Origin: Verrucomicrobiaceae bacterium | GTDB lineage: Bacteria > Verrucomicrobiota > Verrucomicrobiia > Verrucomicrobiales > Akkermansiaceae | DNA: 64,000 nt | NCBI GenBank assembly: GCA_051252135.1 | Contig: JBPOGH010000015.1 | Coordinates: forward strand, 60,848 to 124,847 | Reading direction: 5' to 3' | Shown: piece after piece, positions 17,977 through 27,626 of the stretch | Position numbering within the stretch: the first letter of the stretch is position 1 | Layout of the letters: each line of letters begins with the position of its first letter | Notes under the pieces: model-generated | What the model was told of the DNA's origin: nothing | The model's input: only the letters and a program-made list of their open reading frames with translations | Database searches by the model: none | Translations under genes and position numbers: made by a program

Positions 17977-19551
17977 CTAACTTTTTGCCCGTTGGAGAAA
18001 AAGATCGATCCCGTCCGTCAGGGCAATCCAACTCGCTTCAATAATACTATCGGATACCCCAACCGTTCCCCACGTGGAATCGCCATCGGTATGAACAATC
18101 AGCACCCGGGTCTTCGCCGCCGTCGCCTCTCCGCTGTCAAGAATCCGCACCTTGTAATCAACCAAAGAAACCTCCTCGATCTTTGGAAAAAAGGGAAGTA
18201 ACGCCTTTCGAAGAGCTTTATCAAGGGCATTCACCACCCCATGGCCTTCTGCCACGGTGTATGTCTCCTGCCCATCGACCGTCAACTTGACCGTCGCTTC
18301 GCATACCGGATCGTGCCCGTTTCGATACTGACGGAATGAGCAGTGATACTCGTTGAGTATCCAGGGCCGAGCGCAGCTCCCGAGCGCGCGCCGAATCAGG
18401 AGCTCCAATGACCCCCCGGCCGCCTCAAAGGAATACCCCTTCTGCTCAAGGTCTTTGATTTCCGTAAGGATATTTTTCGCCTCCTCACTCCCCTTCTTCA
18501 AAGGCAGGCCCATTTCTTCGGCTTTAATCAGGATATTGCTTTGCCCGGACAACTCGCTGACCAAAATATACTGTTGGTTGCCCACCTCCTCAGGCCGGAT
18601 GTGCTCGTAGGTTCTTGCCAATTTCTGAACCGCATTCACGTGCATTCCCCCTTTGTGGGAAAATGCTGTCCGCCCTACAAACGCAGCGCGGGCAAAATGG
18701 GGATTGTTGGAAACATCGTCCACAAAGAAGGAAAGTTCCCGCATTTGCGTGAGATCCTTCACCGCTTCGCGTCCCATTTTGAGCTCCAGGATCGGAATGA
18801 CGGAAGTTAGATTACAATTCCCCGTCCGCTCTCCGTAGCCGTTAATCGTCCCTTGCACCTGGCTTGCTCCGGCATCTACCGAAGCAATCGCATTGGCCAC
18901 TCCCAGCTCACAATCGTTGTGAGTATGAATTCCCACCCTCGTTTCAGGAAAGGCCTCGACTACCACCCGTGTCATCTCGGCAATTTCCGAAGGCAGACAG
19001 CCGCCATTGGTGTCGCAAAGGACCAACCAATCGGCTCCACCTTCCACAGCAGCTCGAAGAGTTGCCAGTGCATGCTCGGCTCCGTCCTTATATCCGTCAA
19101 AATAGTGCTCGGCGTCATATACCACCTCGCGACCCGCCTCTTTCAAGTGGCGCACCGTATCACGAATCATCGCCTGATTTTCTTCCACCGTCGTGCGCAG
19201 AACTTCGGTCACTTGCAACTCCCAGCTTTTCCCGAAAATGGTGATCACCGGAGTTTGAGCGTCGAGAAGCAGCTGAACCTGGGGATCTTCCCCGACCGGC
19301 GTGTTTGCCCGACGGGTCGAACCAAAGGCCGCAATTTTGGCGTGATTCCAAGACTCCTTGGCCGCGGCTTTGAAAAACTCAATATCCTTCGGATTCGATC
19401 CGGGCCACCCACCCTCAATATAATCCACCCCAAACTCATCAAGCCGCTTGGCGATGCGCATCTTATCAAGACCGGAAAGAAAAAAGCCCTCACCCTGTGT
19501 GCCGTCGCGTAAGGTGGTGTCGTATATTTGAACTCGTGATGAAGCGCTCAT
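17977..19551 (-). CDS. cimA: Citramalate synthase
   Basis: YDTTLRDGTQGEG, EGGWPGSNPKD, YDAEHYFDG, HTHND, GYGERTGN, HKGGMH, and regulatory domain with DYKVRI. Start placed at MSASSR. Confidence 0.92.
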   Translation of the reverse strand: MSASSRVQIYDTTLRDGTQGEGFFLSGLDKMRIAKRLDEFGVDYIEGGWPGSNPKDIEFFKAAAKESWNHAKIAAFGSTRRANTPVGEDPQVQLLLDAQTPVITIFGKSWELQVTEVLRTTVEENQAMIRDTVRHLKEAGREVVYDAEHYFDGYKDGAEHALATLRAAVEGGADWLVLCDTNGGCLPSEIAEMTRVVVEAFPETRVGIHTHNDCELGVANAIASVDAGASQVQGTINGYGERTGNCNLTSVIPILELKMGREAVKDLTQMRELSFFVDDVSNNPHFARAAFVGRTAFSHKGGMHVNAVQKLARTYEHIRPEEVGNQQYILVSELSGQSNILIKAEEMGLPLKKGSEEAKNILTEIKDLEQKGYSFEAAGGSLELLIRRALGSCARPWILNEYHCSFRQYRNGHDPVCEATVKLTVDGQETYTVAEGHGVVNALDKALRKALLPFFPKIEEVSLVDYKVRILDSGEATAAKTRVLIVHTDGDSTWGTVGVSDSIIEASWIALTDGIDLFLQRAKS

Positions 19552-19774
19552 TGGAATGGTGATTTCAGAAGGGGGCAAGACGCTAGGTAGAAATGTGAAG
19601 AACTGCAATCCACATATCCCCCTCTTTCTCAAACTCCTCCTCCCCATCTTCTCATGCGCTTGACTCTCATTTGAAATATCCCGCATCGACGCAGCGGAGC
19701 GCAGTCAACGGTTTCCACCGAAACCCTTGCCGGGCTTGACCTCGCAAACCAAACAAGTCAGTAATCCCACCGTC

Positions 19775-19849
19775 GCCCCGGTAGTTCAACGGATAGAACA
19801 AGGGTTTCCTAAACCTTAGATCTAGGTTCGATTCCTGGTCGGGGCGCCA
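19775..19849 (+). tRNA. tRNA-Arg (anticodon CCT)
   Basis: Acceptor stem GCCCCGG/TCGGGGC, D-arm, anticodon loop TT-CCT-AA, GGTTCGATTCC T-arm, encoded CCA. Confidence 0.96.
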
Positions 19850-19865
19850 TTTCCCACCTCTTCCC

Positions 19866-20717
19866 ATGGCTGGTTTCTTCAAAAAACTCATCAATCGCAT
19901 CACCAACACCGCCGATGTGGATTGGGATGATCTCGAAGCCGAACTGATCACCGGAGATTTGGGAGTTCGCCTCTCGATGGAGATCATCGACGACCTCAAA
20001 GGCTTGGGCCGCAAGGTTTCCACCGATGACGTTATAGCGACTACCCAAGACCACCTCGCCAAGCTCTTTCCGGATGACTCCCCTCCGCTCAGACCCATCG
20101 GCGACGGCAAACCAACCGTCATTCTTGTCGTAGGCGTCAACGGAGTCGGAAAAACAACGTCCTGCGCCAAACTCGGACACCTCCTCCAGCAAAACGGATA
20201 CTCCGTCACGATGGCTGCCGCCGACACCTTCCGCGCTGCCGCCGTCGAACAACTCGTCCGCTGGGGCGAACGACTCAACCTCACTGTCGTTACCGGCGCC
20301 CACGAAGCAGATCCCTCTTCGGTCTGCTACCAGGCCCACCAACGGGCCATCACCGAAAAATCCGATTTCCTCATCTGCGACACCGCTGGACGCCTCCACA
20401 CACGACACAATCTCATGGAGGAGCTGTCCAAGATCAAACGCACCATCGGAAAGCAGGACGATTCCGCCCCTCACCATACTTTCCTCGTTGTCGATGCCAC
20501 CACCGGCGGCAACGCCCTCAACCAAGCCAGGGAATTTCAAAAAGCAGTCCCCCTCGATGGCCTCATCCTCACTAAAATGGACGGATCAGGAAAAGGCGGC
20601 ATTGCAGCAGGCATTCAAAAGGAACTAGCCATCCCACCCCGCTTCATTGGAACCGGAGAAGAGCCCGACAAATTTGCTCGATTCTTAAAGCAGGACTACG
20701 TCGAAAACATCCTCTAA
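19866..20717 (+). CDS. ftsY: SRP receptor FtsY
   Basis: GVNGVGKTT, DTFRAAAVEQL, DTAGRLHT, TKMDGSGKGG, GTGE. Confidence 0.96.
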   Translation: MAGFFKKLINRITNTADVDWDDLEAELITGDLGVRLSMEIIDDLKGLGRKVSTDDVIATTQDHLAKLFPDDSPPLRPIGDGKPTVILVVGVNGVGKTTSCAKLGHLLQQNGYSVTMAAADTFRAAAVEQLVRWGERLNLTVVTGAHEADPSSVCYQAHQRAITEKSDFLICDTAGRLHTRHNLMEELSKIKRTIGKQDDSAPHHTFLVVDATTGGNALNQAREFQKAVPLDGLILTKMDGSGKGGIAAGIQKELAIPPRFIGTGEEPDKFARFLKQDYVENIL

Positions 20718-21028
20718 CAAGCGGACTGTATCCACGACAAATACGATCGCCCAACCCGGTCCGCTTTCACCACCAAAAATTCCGGTGTATCGTAGGGATG
20801 GAGCTCCAGCAGCTCTTTTTCCAGCTCATCCAATTTCCTCTCGGTTGTCTTAAAAACTGCCAGAACCTCCCGCTCTTTTTCAATCTTCCCTTTCCATCGG
20901 TAAATCGACTCCACTCCGGGAAGCAAATTCAAGCACGCAACCAGTTGCTTCTCCAGCAAGACTGTGCCAATCTGTCGCGCCTGCTCGGATGTGGAAAATG
21001 TTGATAGGACAAGAAACACGTCGCTCAT
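20714..21028 (-). CDS. cutA: Divalent-cation tolerance protein CutA
   Basis: LVACLN..PGVESIYRWKGKIE...E....KT and HPYDTPE. Confidence 0.93.
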   Translation of the reverse strand: MSDVFLVLSTFSTSEQARQIGTVLLEKQLVACLNLLPGVESIYRWKGKIEKEREVLAVFKTTERKLDELEKELLELHPYDTPEFLVVKADRVGRSYLSWIQSAC

Positions 21029-21072
21029 ATCCCTATTTCACCTCTCCGGGTCACTAAAATCAACCTTCCCCT

Positions 21073-22239
21073 GTGAAATCAGCCGTCCTTGAAAAAATCT
21101 TCTCCCGCCTCGATCAAATCGAGCCCGGTGAAGTTCAGGCTCTCCTCAGCAGGCTGGTTCGCGAAAAAGGCTTCCTCCAAAACGTCTTCGAAGCCCTCCG
21201 CGAAGGCGTTCTCCTCCTCGATAACGAGGGACAGATCAGCTTCATCAACAAAGCCGCCTGCGGATTCTTCGGCACCAGCCCCGAACAAGCCCAGGGCGAA
21301 CGACTCGACGTCGTGGTCCGCGGCATCGAATGGGAACAGCTCATCGGCTCCACCCGCAGCACCGTAAGCCGCGACCTCGAGGTCTTCTACCCCGAAAACC
21401 GCTTCCTCAACTTCTACCTCTCCCCCATCGCCGAGGAGGAGGAAACCGAAATGGGCTTCGTCATGCTCGTGCGCGATGTCACCCGCTCCCGTGAAGAAGC
21501 CGCCGAGGAAATCGAATCCGAAAAACTCAACGCCCTCACGCTCCTCGCCGCCGGAGTCGCTCATGAAATCGGCAACCCCCTCAACTCCCTCTCCCTCCAC
21601 CTCCAGCTTCTCCAGAGAAAGGTCAACAAACTCCCCGCACTCGATCAGGAATCCCTCGGAGACCATCTCGATACCGCCCGAACCGAAATCGGCCGCCTCG
21701 ACACCATCCTCAAACAATTCCTTCAAGCCATCCGCCCCTCCACCCCTGTCCGGGAACCTGCCAATCTGCACGCCATTCTGGAAGACAGCCTCATCGCGCT
21801 CAAACCCGAACTCGAAACTCGTAAGATCTCAGTCTCCCTCGATCTCTCCCCCGACCCCCCATCACTCGAGCTCGATCCCACCCAGATCCAGCAAGCTCTC
21901 TACAACCTCATTCGAAACGCCTATCAGGCCCTCACCCCGCCTGATGGTGAAATCGCCATCCGCACCACCTTTAGTGATTACGAGGTCACCCTTTCCATCT
22001 CCGACAACGGAAGCGGCATGTCACCCGAGGTCATGGGGGCCATTTTCGAACCCTTCCACACCACCAAAGCCACCGGAACCGGCCTCGGACTCCTCATCGT
22101 TCGCCGAATTCTCCGTGAACACGGAGGCGAACTGGAGGTCCAAAGTGAGGAAAATGTCGGCACCACCGTGACGCTCTACTTCCCAAGAACCGATAAACGC
22201 GTCCGCCTTCTCGAAGACCAAGCACCCATTGAAGTCTAA
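21073..22239 (+). CDS. Cytoplasmic PAS-domain sensor histidine kinase (NtrB-like)
   Basis: PAS region, AHEIGNPL H-box, NLIRNA, DNGSGM, FEPFHTTK, GTGLGL; no TM segment. Confidence 0.92.
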   Translation: MKSAVLEKIFSRLDQIEPGEVQALLSRLVREKGFLQNVFEALREGVLLLDNEGQISFINKAACGFFGTSPEQAQGERLDVVVRGIEWEQLIGSTRSTVSRDLEVFYPENRFLNFYLSPIAEEEETEMGFVMLVRDVTRSREEAAEEIESEKLNALTLLAAGVAHEIGNPLNSLSLHLQLLQRKVNKLPALDQESLGDHLDTARTEIGRLDTILKQFLQAIRPSTPVREPANLHAILEDSLIALKPELETRKISVSLDLSPDPPSLELDPTQIQQALYNLIRNAYQALTPPDGEIAIRTTFSDYEVTLSISDNGSGMSPEVMGAIFEPFHTTKATGTGLGLLIVRRILREHGGELEVQSEENVGTTVTLYFPRTDKRVRLLEDQAPIEV

Positions 22240-23639
22240 TGCACACCCTCCTCATCGTAGACGACGAAAAAGCCACCCGTGATGCCCTCCGCATGGCTCT
22301 GGAGGATGCCTTCGATTGCTACCTCGCAGCTGATCTCGCCCAAGCCACCCAGGTTCTCAAGACCGAGGATGTCGACCTTCTCCTCACCGATCTCCGCCTC
22401 GGCGGAGACTCCGGCATGGAAGTCCTCGATGTCGCCCTTTCCCTGCCCCAGCCTCCCGTCTCTGTCATGATGACCGCATACGGCTCGGTCGACACCGCCG
22501 TGGAAGCCATGCGCCGGGGCGCCTGGCACTTCGTCACCAAACCTCTCAATCTCGACGAGGTCGAACTCCTCCTCAAACGCGCCGTCCGCAACCGGTCCCT
22601 CGAAAAGGAAAACAAACAACTCGTCGTCGAAAACGAGACCCTCAAGAAATCCTCCGGCAAAAAAGCCCACGGCATCGACCGCCTCATCGGCAAATCCGCA
22701 CCCATGGAGCGCATCGCCGAAAAGATCGAGCAAATCGCCCCCACCCGCGCCACCGTTCTGATCGAAGGAGAATCCGGAACCGGTAAGGAGGTCGTCGCCC
22801 ACGCCCTTCACGACCTCTCGGGTCGACCGAAGGAAAAATTCGTCGCCGTCAACTGCGCCGCCCTTTCCCCCCAACTCCTCGAGTCGGAACTCTTCGGACA
22901 CGAAAAAGGGGCCTTCACCGGTGCCACCCAACGTCGCATTGGCCGCTTCGAACAAGCTCATGGAGGCACCCTCTTCCTCGATGAAATCGGAGAAATCGAT
23001 CAAGCAACCCAGGTCAAACTCCTCCGCGTCCTCTCCGAGCGCACCTTCGAGCGCGTCGGCGCCAACACCCCCGTCGAGATCGATGTCCGCGTCATCACTG
23101 CCACCAACAAGCACCTTGCCGACCTTGTCGAAAAAGGTGAATTCCGTGAAGATCTCTATTTTCGACTCAACGTTCTCTCCATCAACATGCCCCCGCTCCG
23201 TGAACGCCGGGAAGATATCGCCATCCTCGCCAACTCGTTTTGTCAGGAATTCGCTCTCGAGAATAACCGCCCCATCAAGCCCCTTACCGACTCCGCACTC
23301 GCCCAACTGATCCGGTATCCATGGCCCGGAAATGTCCGCGAACTCCGCACCGCCATTGAGCATGCCGTCGTCATGTCGAACCAAGACACCCTTGATCTTT
23401 ACCATCTCCCTGACTTCCTCGCCGGCTCCGCAACACCTCTTGAACGTCAATCAGATAAAAACACCCTTGCTCCTGTCGACGAATTCAACTTGCATGCCCT
23501 CGAGCAGCGCGCAATCCGCGGAGCACTCGGCGCCACCAAGGGAAACCGAACCAAGGCAGCCGAACTCCTCGGCATTAGCCGCCGCACCCTTCAACGAAAA
23601 CTCCGCGACGCGCCCCCTAACGAGAGCCAAGCAATATGA
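22239..23639 (+). CDS. Sigma-54-dependent response regulator (NtrC/AtoC family)
   Basis: Receiver domain, GESGTGKE, GAFTGA, LFLDEIGE, WPGNVREL, Fis-type HTH; TAATG overlap with the kinase. Confidence 0.95.
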   Translation: MHTLLIVDDEKATRDALRMALEDAFDCYLAADLAQATQVLKTEDVDLLLTDLRLGGDSGMEVLDVALSLPQPPVSVMMTAYGSVDTAVEAMRRGAWHFVTKPLNLDEVELLLKRAVRNRSLEKENKQLVVENETLKKSSGKKAHGIDRLIGKSAPMERIAEKIEQIAPTRATVLIEGESGTGKEVVAHALHDLSGRPKEKFVAVNCAALSPQLLESELFGHEKGAFTGATQRRIGRFEQAHGGTLFLDEIGEIDQATQVKLLRVLSERTFERVGANTPVEIDVRVITATNKHLADLVEKGEFREDLYFRLNVLSINMPPLRERREDIAILANSFCQEFALENNRPIKPLTDSALAQLIRYPWPGNVRELRTAIEHAVVMSNQDTLDLYHLPDFLAGSATPLERQSDKNTLAPVDEFNLHALEQRAIRGALGATKGNRTKAAELLGISRRTLQRKLRDAPPNESQAI

Positions 23640-25459
23640 GCAAAAAAGATAACATCGGTGGAAACAAAGACACCGCCATCCTGATCCGCCGACTCCTTTT
23701 CTTCGTCCTGCTGTTCAGCCTCGTCTTTCTTTACCTCATGATTTCCTTCCGGGGAATCTCCTCTCCCAAGGGAATGGAGCAGGCTCAAATTGGCCGGGAA
23801 ATCGCCCGCGGCAATGATTTCACCACCAAAGTCATTCGTCCTGCGGCCATCTGGCAGGCCGAGAAAACAGAAAGCGGAGTCGTTGAACTGGACCAGTTCT
23901 ACGACACCTATCACTCCCCTCTCAACCCCTTCGTCTACGCCGCCGTTCTCAAAATGGTCGGTGGGGATGACTTCGACAAATTCCAAATGGTCGAGGACCA
24001 ACGGACGATTTACCAACTCGATCGCGTCATCGCCGCAATTTCCGTCATCTGCTTCCTCATCGCCATCGGCGTCAACTACCTCCTGATCTCCCGTATTTTC
24101 GACGTCAAGATCGCCGGCGTAACCGCCCTCCTGATGGCCCTGAGTGACCTGATGTGGTCCTTCACCCATACCGGGCTTCCCCAGATGCTGATGCTTCTCC
24201 TTTTCTCCTGCGCCCTCTTCTTCGTCTACCGCGCGCTCGAATCCACCATCGAGGGAAATGTCGCCATCGGATCCGTTCTCGTCGCCTCCGTCTTCTTTGC
24301 CCTCCTCGCCCTCTCCCACTGGCTCAGCATCTGGATCACCATCGGATTCATCATTTACGCCGCCTTCTTCTTCCGCCCCCGGGGTGTCGCCGCTCTGGCC
24401 ACCATCGGCATCCTCCTAGTATTCAGTCTCTACTTTGTCGGTCGGAACATCGAATGGACCGGTTCACCTGCCGGAACCGCCGGACTCTCCCTCTACGGCG
24501 GCCTGATCGACTCGGAAGAGGGTATCATGAGAACGATCGATCCCAGCGATGAAACATATGCGGTGATCTACAACATCAACTCCCTCATTCTGAATACCTT
24601 CCGGAACATCCTCATTCAGACCAACCAACTCTATACCAACTTCGGAGCCATCATCGCGGCACCGATCTTCTTCTTCGCCCTCCTCCACCCTTTCAAACGG
24701 GCTTCCATCGCCCGATTCCGCTGGATTGTCCTCATGATGTGGGTCTCCGGAGCATTGGGCATGGCGATCTTTGGACTCTCTGTCAGTCCAACCGATCCCA
24801 ACCAACTGCACATCCTCTTCGCTCCCATCATGTCGGCCTACGGCCTGGCCTTCCTCTCCATCATTTGGAGCCGTCTGGAACTCCCGTCGGGGAGCGGCGT
24901 CCTTCGTAACGGACACTTCATTCTTGTCGTTCTCATTAGTGCCGGTCCCCTGATGCTCACCATCCCCAACACGATCAGATCGGGGCTTTCCAGCTCGGCC
25001 GACACCAAACGCCCGGTATGGCCGCCCTACTGGCCTTCACTCCTGAGCAGAACCCTCCACAACGCCACCGAAGAAGATGATCTCATTGTCTCCGATCAAC
25101 CTTGGGCCGTTGCTTGGTATGCCGACCGCCGCTCCATCTGGATTCCCAAACGCACCGAGGAATTCGAAGCACTGGAGAAAATGGCCGAAGACCAAAAATT
25201 AACCATCTCCGGAATCCTGATGAGCCCCGTCTCCTTCTCAGGCAATCCCCTTTACCAATCCCAGGGCTACGGCGCCGGTGATGATTTCGCCGCCCTCAGT
25301 CTGGACGGCCCCGCTCTCACCGCCACCAGAGGCGGAGTTCGCAGCCTCCGCGACCAGGCACCCCATCTCTCCGGGATCAATGCCCGCTACCCCCACCCCC
25401 GCCCTCTCTTCCCTGGTCGGATCATTTATTACTCCGCCAAGCCGGTTGTCGACCAGTAA
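23636..25459 (+). CDS. Polytopic membrane protein, GT-C/ArnT (PMT-like) glycosyltransferase-like
   Basis: Multiple TM helices, periplasmic loop with YHSPLNP, C-terminal SDQPWAVAWY; overlaps the regulator stop codon (ATGA). Confidence 0.65.
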   Translation: MSKKDNIGGNKDTAILIRRLLFFVLLFSLVFLYLMISFRGISSPKGMEQAQIGREIARGNDFTTKVIRPAAIWQAEKTESGVVELDQFYDTYHSPLNPFVYAAVLKMVGGDDFDKFQMVEDQRTIYQLDRVIAAISVICFLIAIGVNYLLISRIFDVKIAGVTALLMALSDLMWSFTHTGLPQMLMLLLFSCALFFVYRALESTIEGNVAIGSVLVASVFFALLALSHWLSIWITIGFIIYAAFFFRPRGVAALATIGILLVFSLYFVGRNIEWTGSPAGTAGLSLYGGLIDSEEGIMRTIDPSDETYAVIYNINSLILNTFRNILIQTNQLYTNFGAIIAAPIFFFALLHPFKRASIARFRWIVLMMWVSGALGMAIFGLSVSPTDPNQLHILFAPIMSAYGLAFLSIIWSRLELPSGSGVLRNGHFILVVLISAGPLMLTIPNTIRSGLSSSADTKRPVWPPYWPSLLSRTLHNATEEDDLIVSDQPWAVAWYADRRSIWIPKRTEEFEALEKMAEDQKLTISGILMSPVSFSGNPLYQSQGYGAGDDFAALSLDGPALTATRGGVRSLRDQAPHLSGINARYPHPRPLFPGRIIYYSAKPVVDQ

Positions 25460-25468
25460 GCCCCGGCC

Positions 25469-25765
25469 ATGGCCAGCAAAAAAAAGATAGAAGAAGCCCC
25501 CGTCGCAGCCTCCTTTGAGGACGCGATCGAAGAGCTTGATGAACTGACCGAGCGCCTCGCCCACGAGCCCGAATCATTGGGCGCGATGATCGACGACTAC
25601 GAGCGCGGACAGCAACTTATCCACTACTGCCACGAGGCCCTCAAACTCGCCCGCAAACGAATCACCACCATCCAGGCATCCCTTCAGGATAACTCTCCCG
25701 ATGACGATGAACCTGAATCCAAAGACTCTCCTTCCGACGAAAACGACGATGTCCGACTTTTCTAA
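25469..25765 (+). CDS. xseB: Exodeoxyribonuclease VII small subunit
   Basis: SFEDAIEELDEL...L......YERG..L...C...L..A pattern; directly upstream of dxs. Confidence 0.85.
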   Translation: MASKKKIEEAPVAASFEDAIEELDELTERLAHEPESLGAMIDDYERGQQLIHYCHEALKLARKRITTIQASLQDNSPDDDEPESKDSPSDENDDVRLF

Positions 25766-27626
25766 AAAACCGCTACTCGCCTCCATTCAACATCCGGACG
25801 ATCTCAAAAAGATCGACCTCGATTCCTTGCCTGAACTGGCCGAGGAAATCCGTGATGTTCTGATCAGCTCACTCTCGAAGTCCGGAGGCCACCTCGGCCC
25901 CAATCTGGGCGTCGTCGAACTCTCAATCGCCCTTCATCGCGTTTTTGAATCTCCCAAGGACAAGTTCCTCTTCGACGTCTCCCATCAGGGATATGTCCAC
26001 AAAATGCTCACCGGCCGTGCCCGGCAGATCGACACCATCCGCCAATACGAGGGCCTCAACGGTTTCCTCCTTCGTACCGAATCCGAGCACGACTGCTACG
26101 GGGCCGGACATGCCGGAACCGCCATTTCTGCCGCCTTGGGCATGGCTTCTGCCCGTGACCTCAAAGGAGAGGACAATCACGTCGTCGCTGTCGCCGGAGA
26201 TGCCGCCTTCACCTGCGGGCCCACTCTTGAAGCTCTCAATAACATCGCCGAAACCACGGATCGCTGCATCGTCATCCTCAACGACAACGAGTGGTCCATC
26301 GACCGCAATGTCGGCGCAATGGCGAAGTACTTTAACGACCTTCAGACCCATTCCATCTATTCAGGCATCAGGGATAAGGCTGCCCAATTCGTTGAAAAAA
26401 TCGCCGGCAGCAAAGTTCGCGATTTCGCTCATAAAATCGAGCGCAACGCCAAGAACATGCTCGTTCCCAACGTCCTCTTTGAAAAATTCGGACTCCGCTA
26501 CTTCGGCCCCATCGACGGACACGACCTCCCTCTCCTGATCAAAACCCTGGAGTTCCTCAAGAAGCAGGACGAGCCCGTCATCCTCCACATTATCACCGAA
26601 AAAGGCCGTGGCTATCAGCCCGCCCTCGACAAGCCCGGTAAATTTCATGGCCTCGGGCCTTACAATGTCGAAGACGGATCCACCGCTTCCACCGCCCCCA
26701 CCTTTTCCGAGCTCTTCGGCCGCGCCGTCACCGACTTCGCCAAGGAAGACAAAAGAATCACCGCCATCACCGCCGCCATGCCCGGTGGCACCAAACTGGA
26801 AACCTTCAAGAAAGAGCTCCCCGAGCGCTACTTCGATACCGGCATTGCCGAGGAACACGCAGCCCTGTTCGCTTGCGGACACGCCGCAGAGGGCCTCCGC
26901 CCCTTCCTCGCCATCTACTCCACCTTCATGCAGCGCGCCTATGACATGATCATCCATGACATGGCCCTCCAAAAGCTCCCCGTCCGTCTCTGCATGGACC
27001 GCGGCGGCCTTTCCGGCGACGACGGCCCCACTCACCACGGCCTCTTCGATATCGGCTACCTCCGCCATGTCCCCGACCTCGTTCACATGCAGCCGAAGGA
27101 TGAAGATGAATTCATCGACATGCTCTGGACCATGGCGAACTACGACAAAGGCCCCATCGCCATCCGCTACCCACGTGGCAATGGTCCCGGTGCCCAAATC
27201 AAAGACAAGCCCGCTCTCCTCGAGATCGGTCAGGCCGAAGTCCTCCAGGAAGGCACCGACGTTTGCCTCATTCCTCTGGGAACCATGATGGAGCTGGCTC
27301 TTAAAACCAAGGAAACCCTCGAAGCCAAGGGCCTCTCGGTCTCCCTCATCAACCCCCGTTGGATCAAGCCGCTCGATGCCGCAACCATCACGCGCCTCGC
27401 CTCAAAGTCGAAAGTCGTATGCACCTTCGAGGATCACGTCCTCTCCAACGGCTTCGGTGCCTCCATCATCGAGCTTCTTCACGACAGCAAGATCGATGCA
27501 ACCGTCGAACGCATCGGCTGGCCCGATGAATTCGTCGAGCATGGCAAACCGGAGATTCTACGGGAAAAACACGGCCTCACCTCGGAAGCCGCCACCAACA
27601 AGGTGCTCGCGCACTTTCCCTCCTAA
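25749..27626 (+). CDS. dxs: 1-deoxy-D-xylulose-5-phosphate synthase
   Basis: GGHLGPNLGVVEL, DVSHQGYVHK, GHAGT, GDAA...LNDN, GIAEEHA, AIYSTFMQRAYD, DGPTHHG. Start placed at ATG 25749. Confidence 0.96.
   Translation: MSDFSKKPLLASIQHPDDLKKIDLDSLPELAEEIRDVLISSLSKSGGHLGPNLGVVELSIALHRVFESPKDKFLFDVSHQGYVHKMLTGRARQIDTIRQYEGLNGFLLRTESEHDCYGAGHAGTAISAALGMASARDLKGEDNHVVAVAGDAAFTCGPTLEALNNIAETTDRCIVILNDNEWSIDRNVGAMAKYFNDLQTHSIYSGIRDKAAQFVEKIAGSKVRDFAHKIERNAKNMLVPNVLFEKFGLRYFGPIDGHDLPLLIKTLEFLKKQDEPVILHIITEKGRGYQPALDKPGKFHGLGPYNVEDGSTASTAPTFSELFGRAVTDFAKEDKRITAITAAMPGGTKLETFKKELPERYFDTGIAEEHAALFACGHAAEGLRPFLAIYSTFMQRAYDMIIHDMALQKLPVRLCMDRGGLSGDDGPTHHGLFDIGYLRHVPDLVHMQPKDEDEFIDMLWTMANYDKGPIAIRYPRGNGPGAQIKDKPALLEIGQAEVLQEGTDVCLIPLGTMMELALKTKETLEAKGLSVSLINPRWIKPLDAATITRLASKSKVVCTFEDHVLSNGFGASIIELLHDSKIDATVERIGWPDEFVEHGKPEILREKHGLTSEAATNKVLAHFPS

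Noticed and set aside
19775..19866. tRNA-Arg as an integration site of a genomic island
   Set aside because: ftsY follows 16 nt later; I saw no integrase and no duplicated tRNA 3' end in the window.
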